Source: Octopus vulgaris | Taxonomy: Eukaryota | Direction of reading: 5' to 3' | Assembly (NCBI GenBank): GCA_951406725.2 | Contig: OX597834.1 | Coordinates: 45,694,001-45,758,000, forward strand | DNA length: 64,000 nt | Shown here: piece after piece, positions 14,714 through 28,600 of the stretch | How positions within the stretch are numbered: position 1 is the stretch's first letter | Layout of the letters: each line of letters begins with the position of its first letter | Made by a program: the position numbers and the translations under genes | Notes under the pieces: generated by a model | Databases searched by the model: none | The model's input: the letters and a program-made list of their open reading frames with translations, nothing else | Told to the model about the DNA's origin: nothing

Positions 14714-15520
14714 TTATGGCAAGTCAGACAGAAAGAAACGCAATTGCTGTTTGGCTTTGTTCTTGCATGTGGTGTGTAGTCCTTGCGTGACCTTAATTGG
14801 TCGCTCGCTACATTGATCGCTTCTGTTGATGTTTAGATTTGATGGCTCTTGTTTCCAGTAATTTATCATGCATTTAAAAGCAGTATTGTGTAGGAGTTGC
14901 GATAGCTCTGCATAATATTCAGCTCTATACATTTGGTTACTGAACCAGTGTTCCGTCCAGTGATATGAGATGCACTGGCGGACCATCTGCAATCTTTCTC
15001 CCACATGTGACATGAGGGAAAGTGCAATAAGGGCTGAGATTGCTCGCGAATTCCGCCTGGCGTTACTGCTGTTCGGAATTTCCTGAAACTTGATGAAATG
15101 CTGGTCTCCGTTTTCATAGAAGACCCTGAAGCCATGGATTAAGTAAAACAGAAACTTTATATCAACTCGCTGGCCAGCTTGATCTTTAATGACATGAAAG
15201 GAGCTTTGGAGGTCTTCATAACGTGTCATGAGTTCTTTGACAAAAAATATTCCATTTTGGGTGAAATGCTTGGGCCTGCTGGTTCCTCATCAAGAACATC
15301 GTGTAGGATTTTGTCCAAGGCATGGTGTTCGTAGCTCAAGAATTGTGGTTTGTCATACACGTTGCTCAAGAGCATTGTAGTCTAATCACTACTCCAATCT
15401 ATCGTCCTCTATTTACACTCGTCGTATCAACACGAATCATAGCGTTTGTGCTCCACAAGTAAAATCAGTTCCAGACGGTTTTCAATCCTTCGACAATGGT
15501 CTCAGGCTAGCCATCATACA
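14714..15520 (-). pseudogene. Degraded hAT-like DDE transposase
   Basis: Minus-strand translation across frameshifts: MIRVDTTSVNRG (DTTxxNxG), KPQFLSYEHHALDKIL (CxHH-like), SNARRNSRA (RW-like), DQCSERPIK (catalytic E / ER motif). Confidence 0.6.
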
Positions 15521-15648
15521 TATCTCTATTCTTTAATGGGTGTGTTAGTAAAAATATTAATTCACGTACCAATTGAATGTATATTATATATTAATACATA
15601 CCTACACACTTATACATTATTATACACACACAAATAAAAAAATATAAG

Positions 15649-15704
<56 letters not shown>

Positions 15705-15826
15705 CAAGTGCTGTGGTTTTACTGAGATCTCCCTTTTAGTAGAAAGGAATAGCTATAACTCTTTGACTGCTATTTCTAAATTCGGTGTGTGGTGAGGCAA
15801 ATCGTTGCTAAACCCTTAATTACTTA

Positions 15827-15886
<60 letters not shown>

Positions 15887-15984
15887 TCATAGAAACCTTC
15901 ACACGTTTACATATGTATATGCGTATGATATAAATACATACATGTATGTCTCTGTGTGTACGTATATATAAATATATATATATG

Positions 15985-16073
<89 letters not shown>

Positions 16074-16500
16074 TGAGAGAAAGAGAGATAGAGAAATATT
16101 TGTCCTTTCGTCCGTTGGTCGGTGCTTTTGTCTATTCAAATCGACGAAGACGTGGTAAGAATTGAAGAGACAACTGGCAATGTCGTCTGTTCGTCATCCA
16201 TTATTATCTATGACATGCAGTCATCGGCTAAGCTCTTTCACTCTTCCACAAACATTTTCTATACAACTATCCATTTGTTAATAATAAAACGAATATGCTA
16301 AATCGAAATACTCTACGCAAAGAATCGTAGAACATAAAAGGAAACGTGTATCCATAATAACAGCCATAGTAATCGAAGCAAGAATTCTTCAATGATATTA
16401 CAGTATGAATTGATGATGTATTATGGTAAAGAATTTTGGATGATATTTGCCAACTTAAAACGCAAAAGTATTTCTATACAACTTACATTATTATTGTTAC

Positions 16501-16565
<65 letters not shown>

Positions 16566-16644
16566 GTATGAAGAATAATACTTGCTATGATTAATAGATC
16601 GGGTTCAAAGTAGCTGTACCCGTAGTTGTACCAGTAGTTGTACC

Positions 16645-16706
<62 letters not shown>

Positions 16707-16958
16707 CAGCAGCAGCAGCAGCAGCAATAGTAGTAGCGCCAACATTGCTGTAATGTATGCTATTCTCGTTATAAAGATGCAAATGTATGTATTTCCATAT
16801 TAGTAACGGAAAGGGAGACGCTCTATCTCCCACCACTTATCTCACTCGTCACTTTATTGAACTCCCACTTCAGGGAATGTCTTTGTCTGTTAACGTGCCA
16901 TTATATTGGCATGGCGCTGTCAGTCTTCTCCTCGCATGAAACACTATGACAAAATGTT

Positions 16959-17025
16959 GCAAGATGGTGCTAGCTTTGTGGAAATTCGCTGCAAGATGGC
17001 GCTAGCTTTGTGGAAATTCGCTGCA
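16959..17025 (+). repeat. 32 bp tandem duplication
   Basis: GCAAGATGG[T/C]GCTAGCTTTGTGGAAATTCGCT twice. Confidence 0.9.
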
Positions 17026-17149
17026 AAACCATCCGGCGAAATATTTCATATCTCGATCTTTCTTACTTTAAATGTTGGGTTAAAAACGATAAGACTTGGT
17101 TAGGTTTTGTTTTTCCCATAATTTTGTTCGGCCAATTGCCAGCACGTTT

Positions 17150-17321
17150 ATGGCCTGCTTGGAGGCCCAAAGTTCTGTTTCCTTTGACAGGGTATAGAAA
17201 AAACTGGACACCCGTTGCAATAAGTCTTTGAATCTGCGAGGGAAATACGTTGAATAAAATTATGATTAACTGATCCACCAGTATTTTCCTTCCCCCCAAA
17301 CCAGAAATTTTTCAGCACCAC

Positions 17322-17325
<4 letters not shown>
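17150..17325 (+). mobile_element. Mariner 3' remnant (second family)
   Basis: Reads GIEKLDTRCNKSLNLRGKYVE*, then TIR TTTTTCAGCACCACCTCG followed by TA. Confidence 0.75.
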
Positions 17326-17370
<45 letters not shown>

Positions 17371-17401
17371 ACACACATACACATATATATACGTACACAT
17401 A

Positions 17402-17560
17402 CGAGGGGTGCTGAAATGTCTACAGGTTGAAGGGCTCATTGGAAACCCAAAGTTCCGAGTTCTTTTAAAGGGCTTAGAAAAACTGAAGTGTGTGAAACAG
17501 AGAGGGGAAATGTCGAATAAAATCATAATTAACTGATCCTCCTCTATTTTCTTTTTCAGG
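17402..17560 (+). mobile_element. Internally deleted mariner of the same family
   Basis: TA then CGAGGGGTGCTGAAA left TIR, joined to a sequence similar to 17160-17290. Confidence 0.7.
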
Positions 17561-17595
17561 TATTTAATGAATATATGCATTTATTTATATATACG

Positions 17596-18058
17596 CAGGT
17601 ATGTGTATGCGTGGTAAAAACCTGGCTTCTCGACTACATGGTTCTGGGTTCATTCCCACTGCGTCGCAACTTGATCAGGCGTCTTCTACGCTGGCCCCGG
17701 CCATCCGAAGGGTTATGAATATTGTGTAGATGGAAGCTAAAACAATCTTCTCGTATGTCCATGTGTGTGACTGTGTGTATGTGTGTGCGCGCGCGCGTAG
17801 GAGTGTGTGTGTATGTGTATGTATGCGTATGCATGTGTGTGTATCTTTATTTTCGTGTTTATCCTCTCCCCCACTACTTCTGAATATGTGTTATATTCTT
17901 TATGGCTCCATAAAGTTGGCGGTTCTGTAAATGTAACCCAAAGTATAAAAACCAGACGGGGTTGTTTGTTCGACTAAGAACCTTGAAAACCCTTCAAGAA
18001 AGGTGCTGAATCACGACGGTAGCCAAATGACTGCAACAAATATAAGAGATAAGATAAA
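17596..18058 (+). mobile_element. SINE A, old diverged copy
   Basis: CATGGTTCTGGGTTCATTCCCACTGCGT head and AAATGACTGCAACAAAT tail. Confidence 0.65.
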
Positions 18059-18562
18059 AATTCAGAACAATTTATGTTAGTCATGCTATACTTTCAATGT
18101 TTTTCCTTGTTTATCTGTGGCGACCGTGTATAGTTTTTCCTTCTTATGTTATGTTTTGCTTCGTTTGTTTCACGAGGAGATGTGTCTGATCGATACTTTG
18201 TATTGAATGTCATTTGGAAAAGACTATATTTCCAAAATGAGTTGTTGCTGTTTTTTAATAAGTAAAAAAAAAGACAAATGGTCGAATGAAACTCATCACA
18301 AACTCGAGTAAAAATTCCACACAGACACAAATATATTAATCCAATTGTTAAGAAATTTCAAAATATATAATCCGTAGCCCGCAGCACAAATAAAGACGTC
18401 TACCAACACAAGAAATAATAATGATAATAATAACAACGATGATGATGACGATGATGATGATGATGATGATGATGATGAAGATGATGTTGAAGAGGAGGCT
18501 TTCCTTTATTGGCCACAAGGGCTCGAAACAAGATAGACAACATAAAATAAATGTTTATAATA

Positions 18563-18604
<42 letters not shown>

Positions 18605-18607
<3 letters not shown>

Positions 18608-18825
18608 GAGCTGCACAATATATTCACTGGGTTTAAAAAAAAAAAAAAAAAAAAAAACCTTTTTTTTTTTTTTCTTTTTAGACATTCATTAGTACAACAT
18701 CCCCACCCCCCAAATATATGGCACACTAGGCATAACAACAACATGAACTTCCAACCCTGTTGTCTCTTGAGGTCTCTGGGTGAGACTTGGAGCCAACTTG
18801 TACAAATATAAAGCAAAAGTCAAAC

Positions 18826-18830
<5 letters not shown>
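18605..18830 (+). mobile_element. R4/Dong-like LINE 3' UTR copy between (TAA)n arrays
   Basis: Near-identical to the reverse complement of 50345-50530. Confidence 0.85.
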
Positions 18831-18866
<36 letters not shown>

Positions 18867-19797
18867 CTAACCGCAATAACACTGACAACAACAATACTTA
18901 TAATATTATCAATACCAATAATCCTCACAATTTTATTCTAATTCTCACTAAGGACAATAATATTGAGGGAAAGCGTTAAGTCGATTAAGCTGTGCCCAGT
19001 AGTAGAGTAGTATTTTCTTTATCGACCCCAAAATGACGGCAGGCGAAAGTGAGCTCCAAATGTAGTTCCGAGGAAGGAAACATTAGAAATACAACTCACA
19101 TAAAGGGTGTTTTGTTTATCATTTGAAGTATATAATAGTAAAAATAAAGGAAAACCAAAGGAAGTAACAAGACGGAAAAAAAGACGCATGCCAAAGATGC
19201 AACTGTGGATACTGGCTTCCTTGTACAGGAGCGTGTCTCAGTCACAGATACAGAACTCCTTATGCAGAAGTGGGTCTCGGCCACAGGGGTTAATTGTTTT
19301 CTCGCAAATGTCATTTTTCGATGTATAAACAAAAAGCCTTCTCTCTTAACACGCCGTCAATGGTAATCCTATAGATCTCTTTTAAGTAGCTTAAATTTCT
19401 CTCGAGACATTTCAAATACGATGGTTTCTTCAATACTGACATATTCATCTTCAAGGTGATATATTTTTCTGATACGAGGTCGCTTCTACACAAGACAAGA
19501 TATGTTTGATAAACCGCCACTTATCATTAAACCAGACACAATTTTTCGACCTGAAGAAGAAATATCTACGTGATTGTCTCACTTTTTAGAAATCTCTTTC
19601 AAATTACAACTTAGTATCTAATAAAAATAATCGATATATTAAATATTCTACTCTACTATTTTACAAAAAATACTGTTTTCTGTTGCTCACCTTACCATCT
19701 GATAAAACTAAGCATTTATTTACAAATTTTTTGTACTTCACAAAAAATGCTGCTTCTTTTCTCACAAATTGCCATCTTACAAAATCATTATTATTAC

Positions 19798-19848
<51 letters not shown>

Positions 19849-19935
19849 CATCATCATCATTATTCAGTTCGCTGCCTGGAATCGAACTCGAAATCTTGAG
19901 GTTAATAGGTCGCGCTGGTTCGAAATATACCGAAG

Positions 19936-20030
19936 ACACCTGATAATGCCTGGAGGGTATATCAACCGAAACGTCGTATTAACAGCAAACAAGATGAGGA
20001 TGAATATCCGTCAAATGTAAATAATGTAAA
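19936..20030 (+). mobile_element. Penelope-like terminus with degenerate hammerhead motif
   Basis: ACAC-CTGATAA..GAAAC-GTC-GTAT layout. Confidence 0.45.
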
Positions 20031-20093
20031 GAATGACTCCTATTCCCTTGAAACTTTGCATTTGTGACTTGGTCATCAATATTTTGAAAGTTA

Positions 20094-20151
<58 letters not shown>

Positions 20152-20328
20152 CTATATATTTTTTATATATTTTTATTATCTATTTATATATTTTAACATA
20201 TTTTAAATATATTTTTAGTATATATCTATATACTTTTAGTACATGATTGGGTGCATAATGATTTCACAATAGAGTATATTTTGTTAATCTATTTTGTGTC
20301 TTCATTATTTCTCACACACATATATATT

Positions 20329-20400
<72 letters not shown>

Positions 20401-20777
20401 GAAATATTATCATTTCTAATTTCTGAAAGACAGGCATTCAGTAACAGTTATTTAAAGTAGAGGCTTCGAACAGGGAGCTCATCACTCCAATCTAACTTTA
20501 TCAACACAGACTAACTGCCTTGGCCTGATGTCGTTGCTGTTCGAAAATATAAGGACACACAGAGTGTGTCGTACAGCTACCTGGAAATGATGTTTCTTGG
20601 AGGTAAAACACAATAGCATCGTCCATTTCGGGACAGCTACAATATGTTGGCAAATAGCCTTTACTTTAAAGAACTGTTGCTGAATGTCTCTCTTTGAGAG
20701 ATTTAGAAATAATATTTCTATTTTTTGATCAGTGGCTTTGTCAATTTGAAAAAAATAAAATACATTTATATATATGT

Positions 20778-20832
<55 letters not shown>

Positions 20833-21824
20833 TGTGTGTGTGTGTGTGTGTGTATGTATGTGCGTGCCCATCTATACAGGCGCAAGGGTACAATGTTAAC
20901 AGGCAAGGTTACACAGAAACTCGCTCTGGAATAGAATGTCAGTGATTACACGAACAATAATTCAAACCGCCATGAATCATTCAATTGATGTTATCTGTCA
21001 AAGAATTGCTTTTCTTAACACAAATCTTTACAATTCTCACACTACGCACCTTTCTTTACTTTCTCCATATTCTACTCGCAGCATTTTAATAGCTGTTGTA
21101 CCTTTAACAGCGTCTCCAAAGTTCGCTACAACATGCCTCCGTCTGCAGTTCTGTTTCAACATCTACAGCGAAATCTTTTCGTCTTTTATCCGCCATATTT
21201 CATTCTCTTTCAAAATTATCGATCATGTTTCTTTTATATTTATTTGTTTCCTTGTTTGTTTTGGGCTTCTTTTAATATTATCTTTTTCTTTTTTTTTTTG
21301 CACTTGAAACATGAGATAGTAGCTAAGAATTTCATATTTATACTTGATTTAGTTTCATATCTTCCTCTATTTTTTTGTTTTTACTGAAATCTTGTGCAGA
21401 TTTTCTGATGTTTTATACAGCCATATTTCTGGTCTTTTCCTTCTGGTATTTTGATATTTTCTTTAAAATTTTTTGTCAAATATATTCCTGAATAAACATA
21501 ACGAATGAAATATGTATGAACATATGAAGTACTGGACAAACTTAACTCGTATGTTATGCTATCATTTTTTTTTATTTCTTCTGACTCTAAGATTGCAAAT
21601 ATATAAAATCAACTACATAAATTAATGTACGTATAATCTGAATACGTAATCTTTTCATGTCCCATAATTTGATTTGCTAAACCATTTGTTTACCGGAAAT
21701 TTTAAGCAAAAACACAAACGTTGACTTATAAACATCTGTTATGTCTATAGCTGGTTGCTGCATCAATATACAAGAATGCGTGACTGTGCATATATACATA
21801 TACGTATACATACAGACACACACG

Positions 21825-21926
<102 letters not shown>

Positions 21927-21978
21927 GAGAGAGAGAGAGAAAAAGAGAGATAGATACACACATATATATGTATATATA

Positions 21979-22195
21979 TTCTTTTATTCTTTTACTAGTT
22001 TCAGTTATTTGTCTGCGGCCAAGCTTGAGCACCGCATTTTCTTGAACAAATCGATCCCAAGGCTTATTCTTTGTAAGCCTAGTACTTATTATATAGATCG
22101 CTTTTGCTGAACCGCTAAGATACGGGGACGTAAATGCACTAACACCAGTCATCAAGCGATAGTGTGGGGGACAAACGCAGACACAAAAACATATA
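21979..22195 (-). mobile_element. SINE A 3' half
   Basis: Reverse complement of the family A tail. Confidence 0.85.
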
Positions 22196-22202
22196 CATGC
22201 AG

Positions 22203-22244
<42 letters not shown>

Positions 22245-22699
22245 ATACGAATACATTTAAATTGTATTAGAGTACAAAACAGAGCACATTCACTCTTAGA
22301 ATTAGCAAATAGCCGGTTGTATTCCAACTCTAGACAAGTATTTAATAAACACAACACATGTTCCGATATAACATAGATCTACATATACACAGGATTTAAA
22401 TTTTAAGCAACGTTTTACCTGAGTAAATGGATACAGTTGTAACTCCTCAGGTGATATATAATTGTTGTACCCGTAAGTAAATCTTTGACTTTGATGCTAA
22501 CACATCCATGTGGCACTTTTGAATCTGTACATGTGGATCTATGTTGTAATGACACGTGTTTGGTGTTTATTAAATAGCTGTCTAAACGTGATTCTTCCTG
22601 TTAAATCTATTTATTCAATTTATATACATAGGACGGGCTTCTTTCAGTTTCCGTGTACCGAATCCGCTCACAAGGCGGTTTCGATTCTCAGACGGAGCG

Positions 22700-22935
22700 T
22701 TGTGAGTGTTTATTGAGCGAAAACACCTGAAGTTCCACGAGTCTCCGGCAGTGGGGAGATGGCGATCCCTACTGTACTCTTTCACCACTCTTTCTCCCAC
22801 TCTTTCTTCTATTGGCCTGCTCGCTTAGCCAGCGGGGTGGCGTCATTCGAAGGCTAAAACAATGCGAAGCGCATTGTGACCAGCGATGTATAGCAACTTC
22901 TCATAGCCTGGTCGGTCACGGTGATCATGGTGATA
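22700..22935 (+). mobile_element. SINE-type 3' body or tail fragment
   Basis: GC-richer block ending GGTCACGGTGATCATGGTGATATA before (TA)n; weak similarity to 42660-42720. Confidence 0.45.
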
Positions 22936-22938
22936 TAA

Positions 22939-22969
<31 letters not shown>

Positions 22970-23003
22970 TATATATGTATGTATATATCTATATATCTAT
23001 ATA

Positions 23004-23101
<98 letters not shown>

Positions 23102-24492
23102 TGAAAGGGTTGGTATGTGAAAGCACGTGGTTGGATGTATAAAAGACAAAAAGGATTGAAAAAATTACGGAAGCCTTGTGTTATATGGTTAACGAATATA
23201 TATATGTATGAGTATGTATGTGTGTGTGTGTGTAATTTTCTATGTCATAAAATTAACCGTGTCAACTATATACACCAATAGTTGTAGACCAATGCTTCTC
23301 ACCCATTTTTATGTTCCCCTTTCATTCCAATTTTACTTGCTCGACCCTCATAAATATTCAACGTTTAAAGAATATCCCACTTCATTTCATTATCTTTACT
23401 GTAATTATGTGTTGGTCTGAATTACAGGGAAATTGTACGTTCCATTCGTCAAGGTAAATTTACTCCATATACATTAAAATATTTATCGAACTTATGCAAT
23501 CTAATTCATTTCCATGCAATCGATGATAACAAGAAATTCGATTATATTTTTATAATTAAATATTATTAAGGATTGTAGCAACAACACTGATAACATATTT
23601 GATGTAATGAAAAGGTATTAGCAATTTATTTCACATGAATTTTAACAACAAAATTTTATATGGACATTCAAATGTCTTAAAGAACCCTATTGAAAACCAG
23701 TGAATTTATGGATCCATTCCATTCACAAGCTGGCACAAAGGTGCTGATTGTTCCTTGGTGTCTAAAATAGCCAATGGGATTGAGAGCTTATAATCTAATA
23801 GTAGTCAGCCATATTTACAAAGCAACAACGCTTAACGGCTCCGTAACGATGGAAATCTTACATATTTAGTAATGCAAATCTTTAAATTCCACGACAAACA
23901 TTTCTTTTGTGCAAGTAACTGTATATATAAGTACATACATGTACGTCTATATATATATATATATGTGTAGATATCCACAAAGGATGCTCTTCAGAGTTTC
24001 CGTCTTTCTACCTTCAATCCTTAACCCGCTACGAAAGTTCTTTTTAGTGAGGTCAAAACAGGCATCACATGCTTGAAAATAATCTGTAACATGTGGCTAT
24101 TATTTTAGTTGGTTGGTTCGAAAATCCAACTCTAGTGACCAGCATTTTTGTAGTTTCCTGGTTAATTTATAGGTAGATCATGAGATAGACAGATACACAG
24201 ACTGAGAGATAAAATGATACAATGAGTGATAGATATACTTAGAGCGACACGCAAATACATACATACATATATTTATTTATTTATATTTATATTTGTATCG
24301 TATATATAATCATTAATTTTGTGTATAGGTTTTTTTTATGCTCGCAGGCACTAACATTATTGTTTTAGAATAATATACATATATATATATATATATATAT
24401 AATCAAAATAAGCAACAAGGATATCCAAAGGTAGTGTAGTACAATCGATCCATGATACTTCATTTAATTAAACAATGTAAGTATTACATCAG

Positions 24493-24571
<79 letters not shown>

Positions 24572-24963
24572 TAAATATAGATATTCCAGTCCAGCAGCCT
24601 TGACTTACGGACACTAATAACATGGTGTACTAAATCCGAGTAAAAATTAGTTCATTCAAGAACGTGCCTGTTATTACGTCACCTGACGAGACACGACGAG
24701 CGCCGAGAGATGCAGCAGAACGAGATGCAGTTTCACCCCCGGGAGGGATCGATGAAGGGTGTGTCGAAACAATACTTATGAGTAATAGTTTCACGTGAAT
24801 TTCATATTCTCTTTCTAACGTTTTTGTGTGTGTGTGTGTGCGCGCGCGCGTGCGTGCGTGTATGTTTCTGTGTGTCTGTGTGAATAAATAGATAGAAAGA
24901 CAGATATAAGCATATACGCGTATGCATTTTATTACATATGGACATACATATATAAATACATAC

Positions 24964-25010
<47 letters not shown>

Positions 25011-25078
25011 TATACTTACATACATATATATGTATAAATATATATATATATATGTAGACACATTTATACACACACACC

Positions 25079-25124
<46 letters not shown>

Positions 25125-26132
25125 TATATGCACTCAGTTTTCATGTTAACTTTAAAGACGATAAAAAAGAATAGCATGATACATAATACATTTGGTATTT
25201 TCTATAGACATCTATGTTCATACAACACACGCACATTCACTCTTCGCGTGTTTTCGTTAAGAATATCCAATTTCAAGGAACCGCTGTCTTCTTTAGCACA
25301 TATCACGTGTTAACTTTCAGGAACACAATCGATTCTTCTTGTTTATAAAGTTTCTACAACGCTGTAGCGGAAATTAATAACGTTGGCGAGCACGAAGCCT
25401 AAATGCCGGCCATTTTGTGCTGGTTAATAAAATTCAAAGGGTAAAACCTGCATTGCATTGAGTAAGAATAATTAAACCAGTTGGCCCCCTCATCTTATTA
25501 ATCCAACATCGATATACTGCACTCGTTCTCTTGCAGATACAATATTGATAATTTCCTTAAACATCCGTTCTAATTTGTTCCGAATACCTTGTGAAATACA
25601 CGTTGACTTTGATTGATAAAGCAGACGACAGTTTAATACAGTCTATAAAAGAGCCTCGTTTTAAAATTAAATTGTGAAAGTAAAATTAATTTAAGTTTCC
25701 TTTTCAGAATATTAAATTGAGTTATATGTTTATTCCTTACTTTATAATATATTTTTTCGGTATTATCTCACATTTAGAAAGAAAAAAAAATCTTTAGGCA
25801 GATTTTTTTTTTCACAACTACTGAGACTGATGTTGGTGTTGTTTTCATATTTTGTCATTTCGGTATTTCTGTCGTGATTATGGCAAATTTTAACTGCGGT
25901 GTTTTTTTTTTCTTATTCCCCAGTTGTAATACTTCAATGTGCACAGACATATTTGCATGCGTTTACGAGTGTGTTTTGAAGTGTGTACATACTTGTGTGG
26001 GTGCATTTGTAAATATACCTAAATATATGTATGCACTTGTGCGTGTATGTATATATATATGCCTGTATGTGTATTTATAAAGAGAGAATAAGGGTAGTAT
26101 ATATGACTGCATACATACATATGGACAAACAC

Positions 26133-26172
<40 letters not shown>

Positions 26173-26299
26173 GAAATGAAGAAAATGAAGAAAATGCTGA
26201 CAAAATAATTTAAGTAAGGGAGAGTGTATTTAATTAGGTGAAAGTTCTTTTTACCGGTTGCGCATTTGTTATGCTTATCAAAAGATATTTTTTTAAGAG

Positions 26300-27060
26300 A
26301 GATAATGTGTTCAATATACAGATAAGAGGACAGGGTGTTCAATATGTAGATATAAAGATAGAGTGTTGCAGAAGTAGATAGAAAGAAAGAGTGTTGGATA
26401 GGTGGATAGAGAGACAGGGTGTTGAACGAGTAGAGACAAATATAAATGATGATTAGATGGAGAGATAACGTGAGCGTAAGTTGTCTGAAGAACCTGACAC
26501 AGTGTGTAATGGTGGCGGCAAAGTGGATTATATGTCTACTCTTTTACGCTTTTATTTGTTTCAGGCATTTGGCTGCGGTCATGCTGGAGCATCGCCTTTA
26601 GTCGAGCAAATCGACCCCAGGACTTATTCTTTGTAAGCCTAGTACCAGCATCTCTCGCTATAGTCTTTCCAGGAGCGGGAGATGCTGGTCTGTTTACGTC
26701 TCTCGTGATCTAGTGGTTCGGCAAAAAAGACCGATAGAATAAGTACTAGGCTTACAAAGAATAAGTCCTGGGGTCGATTTGCTCGACTAAAGGCGATGCT
26801 CCAGCATGACCGCAGCCAAATGCCTGAAACAAATAAAAGCGTAAAAGAGTAGACATATAATCCACCTTGCCTCCACCATTACACACTGTGTCAGGTTCTT
26901 CAGACAACTTACGCTCACGTTATCTCTCCATCTAATCATCATTTATATTTGTCTCTACTCGTTCAACACCCTGTCTCTCTATCCACATATCCAACACTCT
27001 ATCTTTATATCTACATATTGAACACCCTGTCCTCTTATCTGTATATTGAACACATTATCT
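26300..27060. repeat. Long inverted repeat, arms 26300-26645 and 26743-27060
   Basis: Arms are reverse complements with about 3 substitutions and one 28 bp indel. Confidence 0.95.
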
Positions 27061-27175
27061 TTACATTTACATATTCAACACCGTGTATTTCTATCTCTAT
27101 ACTCATCACACTGGCTTTTTATCTACATATTCAACACATATATCTATCAGCGTGTTTAAACACGCTCTCTTTCTA
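26950..27175. repeat. Degenerate ~28 bp minisatellite
   Basis: Recurring TATCT.CATATT[C/G]AACAC units; mirrored at 26300-26440. Confidence 0.75.
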
Positions 27176-28289
27176 TGACCAACCTAGTTGACACCTAGGA
27201 TCCTCTATCAACTCCATCAGTCGATAACTATCGATTATCTCAGCACAAATCTCAACCATAATGTCTATTTAGGTTTTTAGTTCTGATAAATGCAATTGTA
27301 ACACTAGATAACTCTATTTGCCAATATTTCTAATTATTTCACAACGGAATGGCAATTCTCATTCTTAAGATGACAAAGAATACACAAAACACAAAAAGCA
27401 AGATAAAAAAAAAAAATATATATATACAATAAAATGGAGAAAAAAAATGAAATTCTTTAAATGCCAGAGGAAATTGCCATCGTAATACAATTCGCTTCCA
27501 CTGTGTATTTAATGATTATTTACGAAGATGAGTGTCTTTCTGTTCTACTAGCAGTTTCTCTCGCTATAGTCTTTCCAGGAGTACACGTGGTGCAAGCGGA
27601 GCTGTGCGCTTGAATGGTTTCCTTTGTAACTCTCTGGTTCTGAGTTCGATCTCACTTAGCAGCAATTTAGGAGAAATTGTTTTATTTCCTCGCATCTTTC
27701 TCTGTGCCTTACTTGTTTTAGTCATTGGACAGCGGCCATGCTGGAGTACAGTTATGAAGAGTGTAGTCGCAACACTTATTCTATCGTTTTCTGTTTGTCG
27801 AAGCACTAGGTCAAGGGATCGTAAACAACCCAACAACATTTTCTCAAGCGCGAGAGATAAGAAGAGAAACGCAAACACAATGTCTGCCATTTCTGAGTAA
27901 CTTTTAACGGCGGTGCCCCAGCATGGGCTCAGCTCTCGAGCTGAAACTAGTAAAGAGAAAATATACATATGTGCTTATGTGTGTGTGTATGTACGTATGT
28001 ATGTATTAATGAATGTATGTATGTATGTATGTTTGTATGTATGTATGTATGTACGTATGTATGTATGTATGTATGTATGTATGTATGTATGTATGTATGT
28101 ACGTACGTACGTACGTATGTATGTAAGTATATATGTATGTATGCATGTATGTATGTATGTATGTTTGTGTATATGTGTGTGTATGTGTGGGTGTACTATA
28201 TATTCGTTCATCATTCGTTTGTTACTGTTTTAATTTTCACCGTTGTCCATTGCTCGGAAATCTTTCGTCACACATCTGTGACCTCTTCG

Positions 28290-28600
28290 CTTGACAACCG
28301 ATGGTGGTATGTTTACGCGCCCGTAACTTAGCGATTCGGCAAAAGAGTGACCGATAGAATAAGTACTAGGCTTCCAAAGAATAAGTCCTTGGGTCGATTT
28401 GCTCGACTAAAGGCGGTGCACCACCATGGGCGCAGTCAAATGACTGAAACATATATATACATATATACACATATATACCAAACTCACCCACATTGGTCGA
28501 GCCGGGTGCTGGCTATAGTAGAAAACACTTGTCTGAGATGCGTCACGATGACACTGTGGAACCACGTGGGGTTGCAATGTGAGCAACTTAATGAAACAGC
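28290..28600. mobile_element. SINE A tail (+, 28290-28450) and SINE A head (-, about 28487-28600)
   Basis: Matches to the family A tail and the reverse-complemented head. Confidence 0.75.

Noticed and set aside
19498-19511. 14 nt match to miR-190 (AGATATGTTTGATA)
   Set aside because: The 3' part diverges and there is no complementary star arm.
19100-19600. Possible host exon in unique sequence
   Set aside because: Only short ORFs, with no recognisable domain or convincing splice frame.
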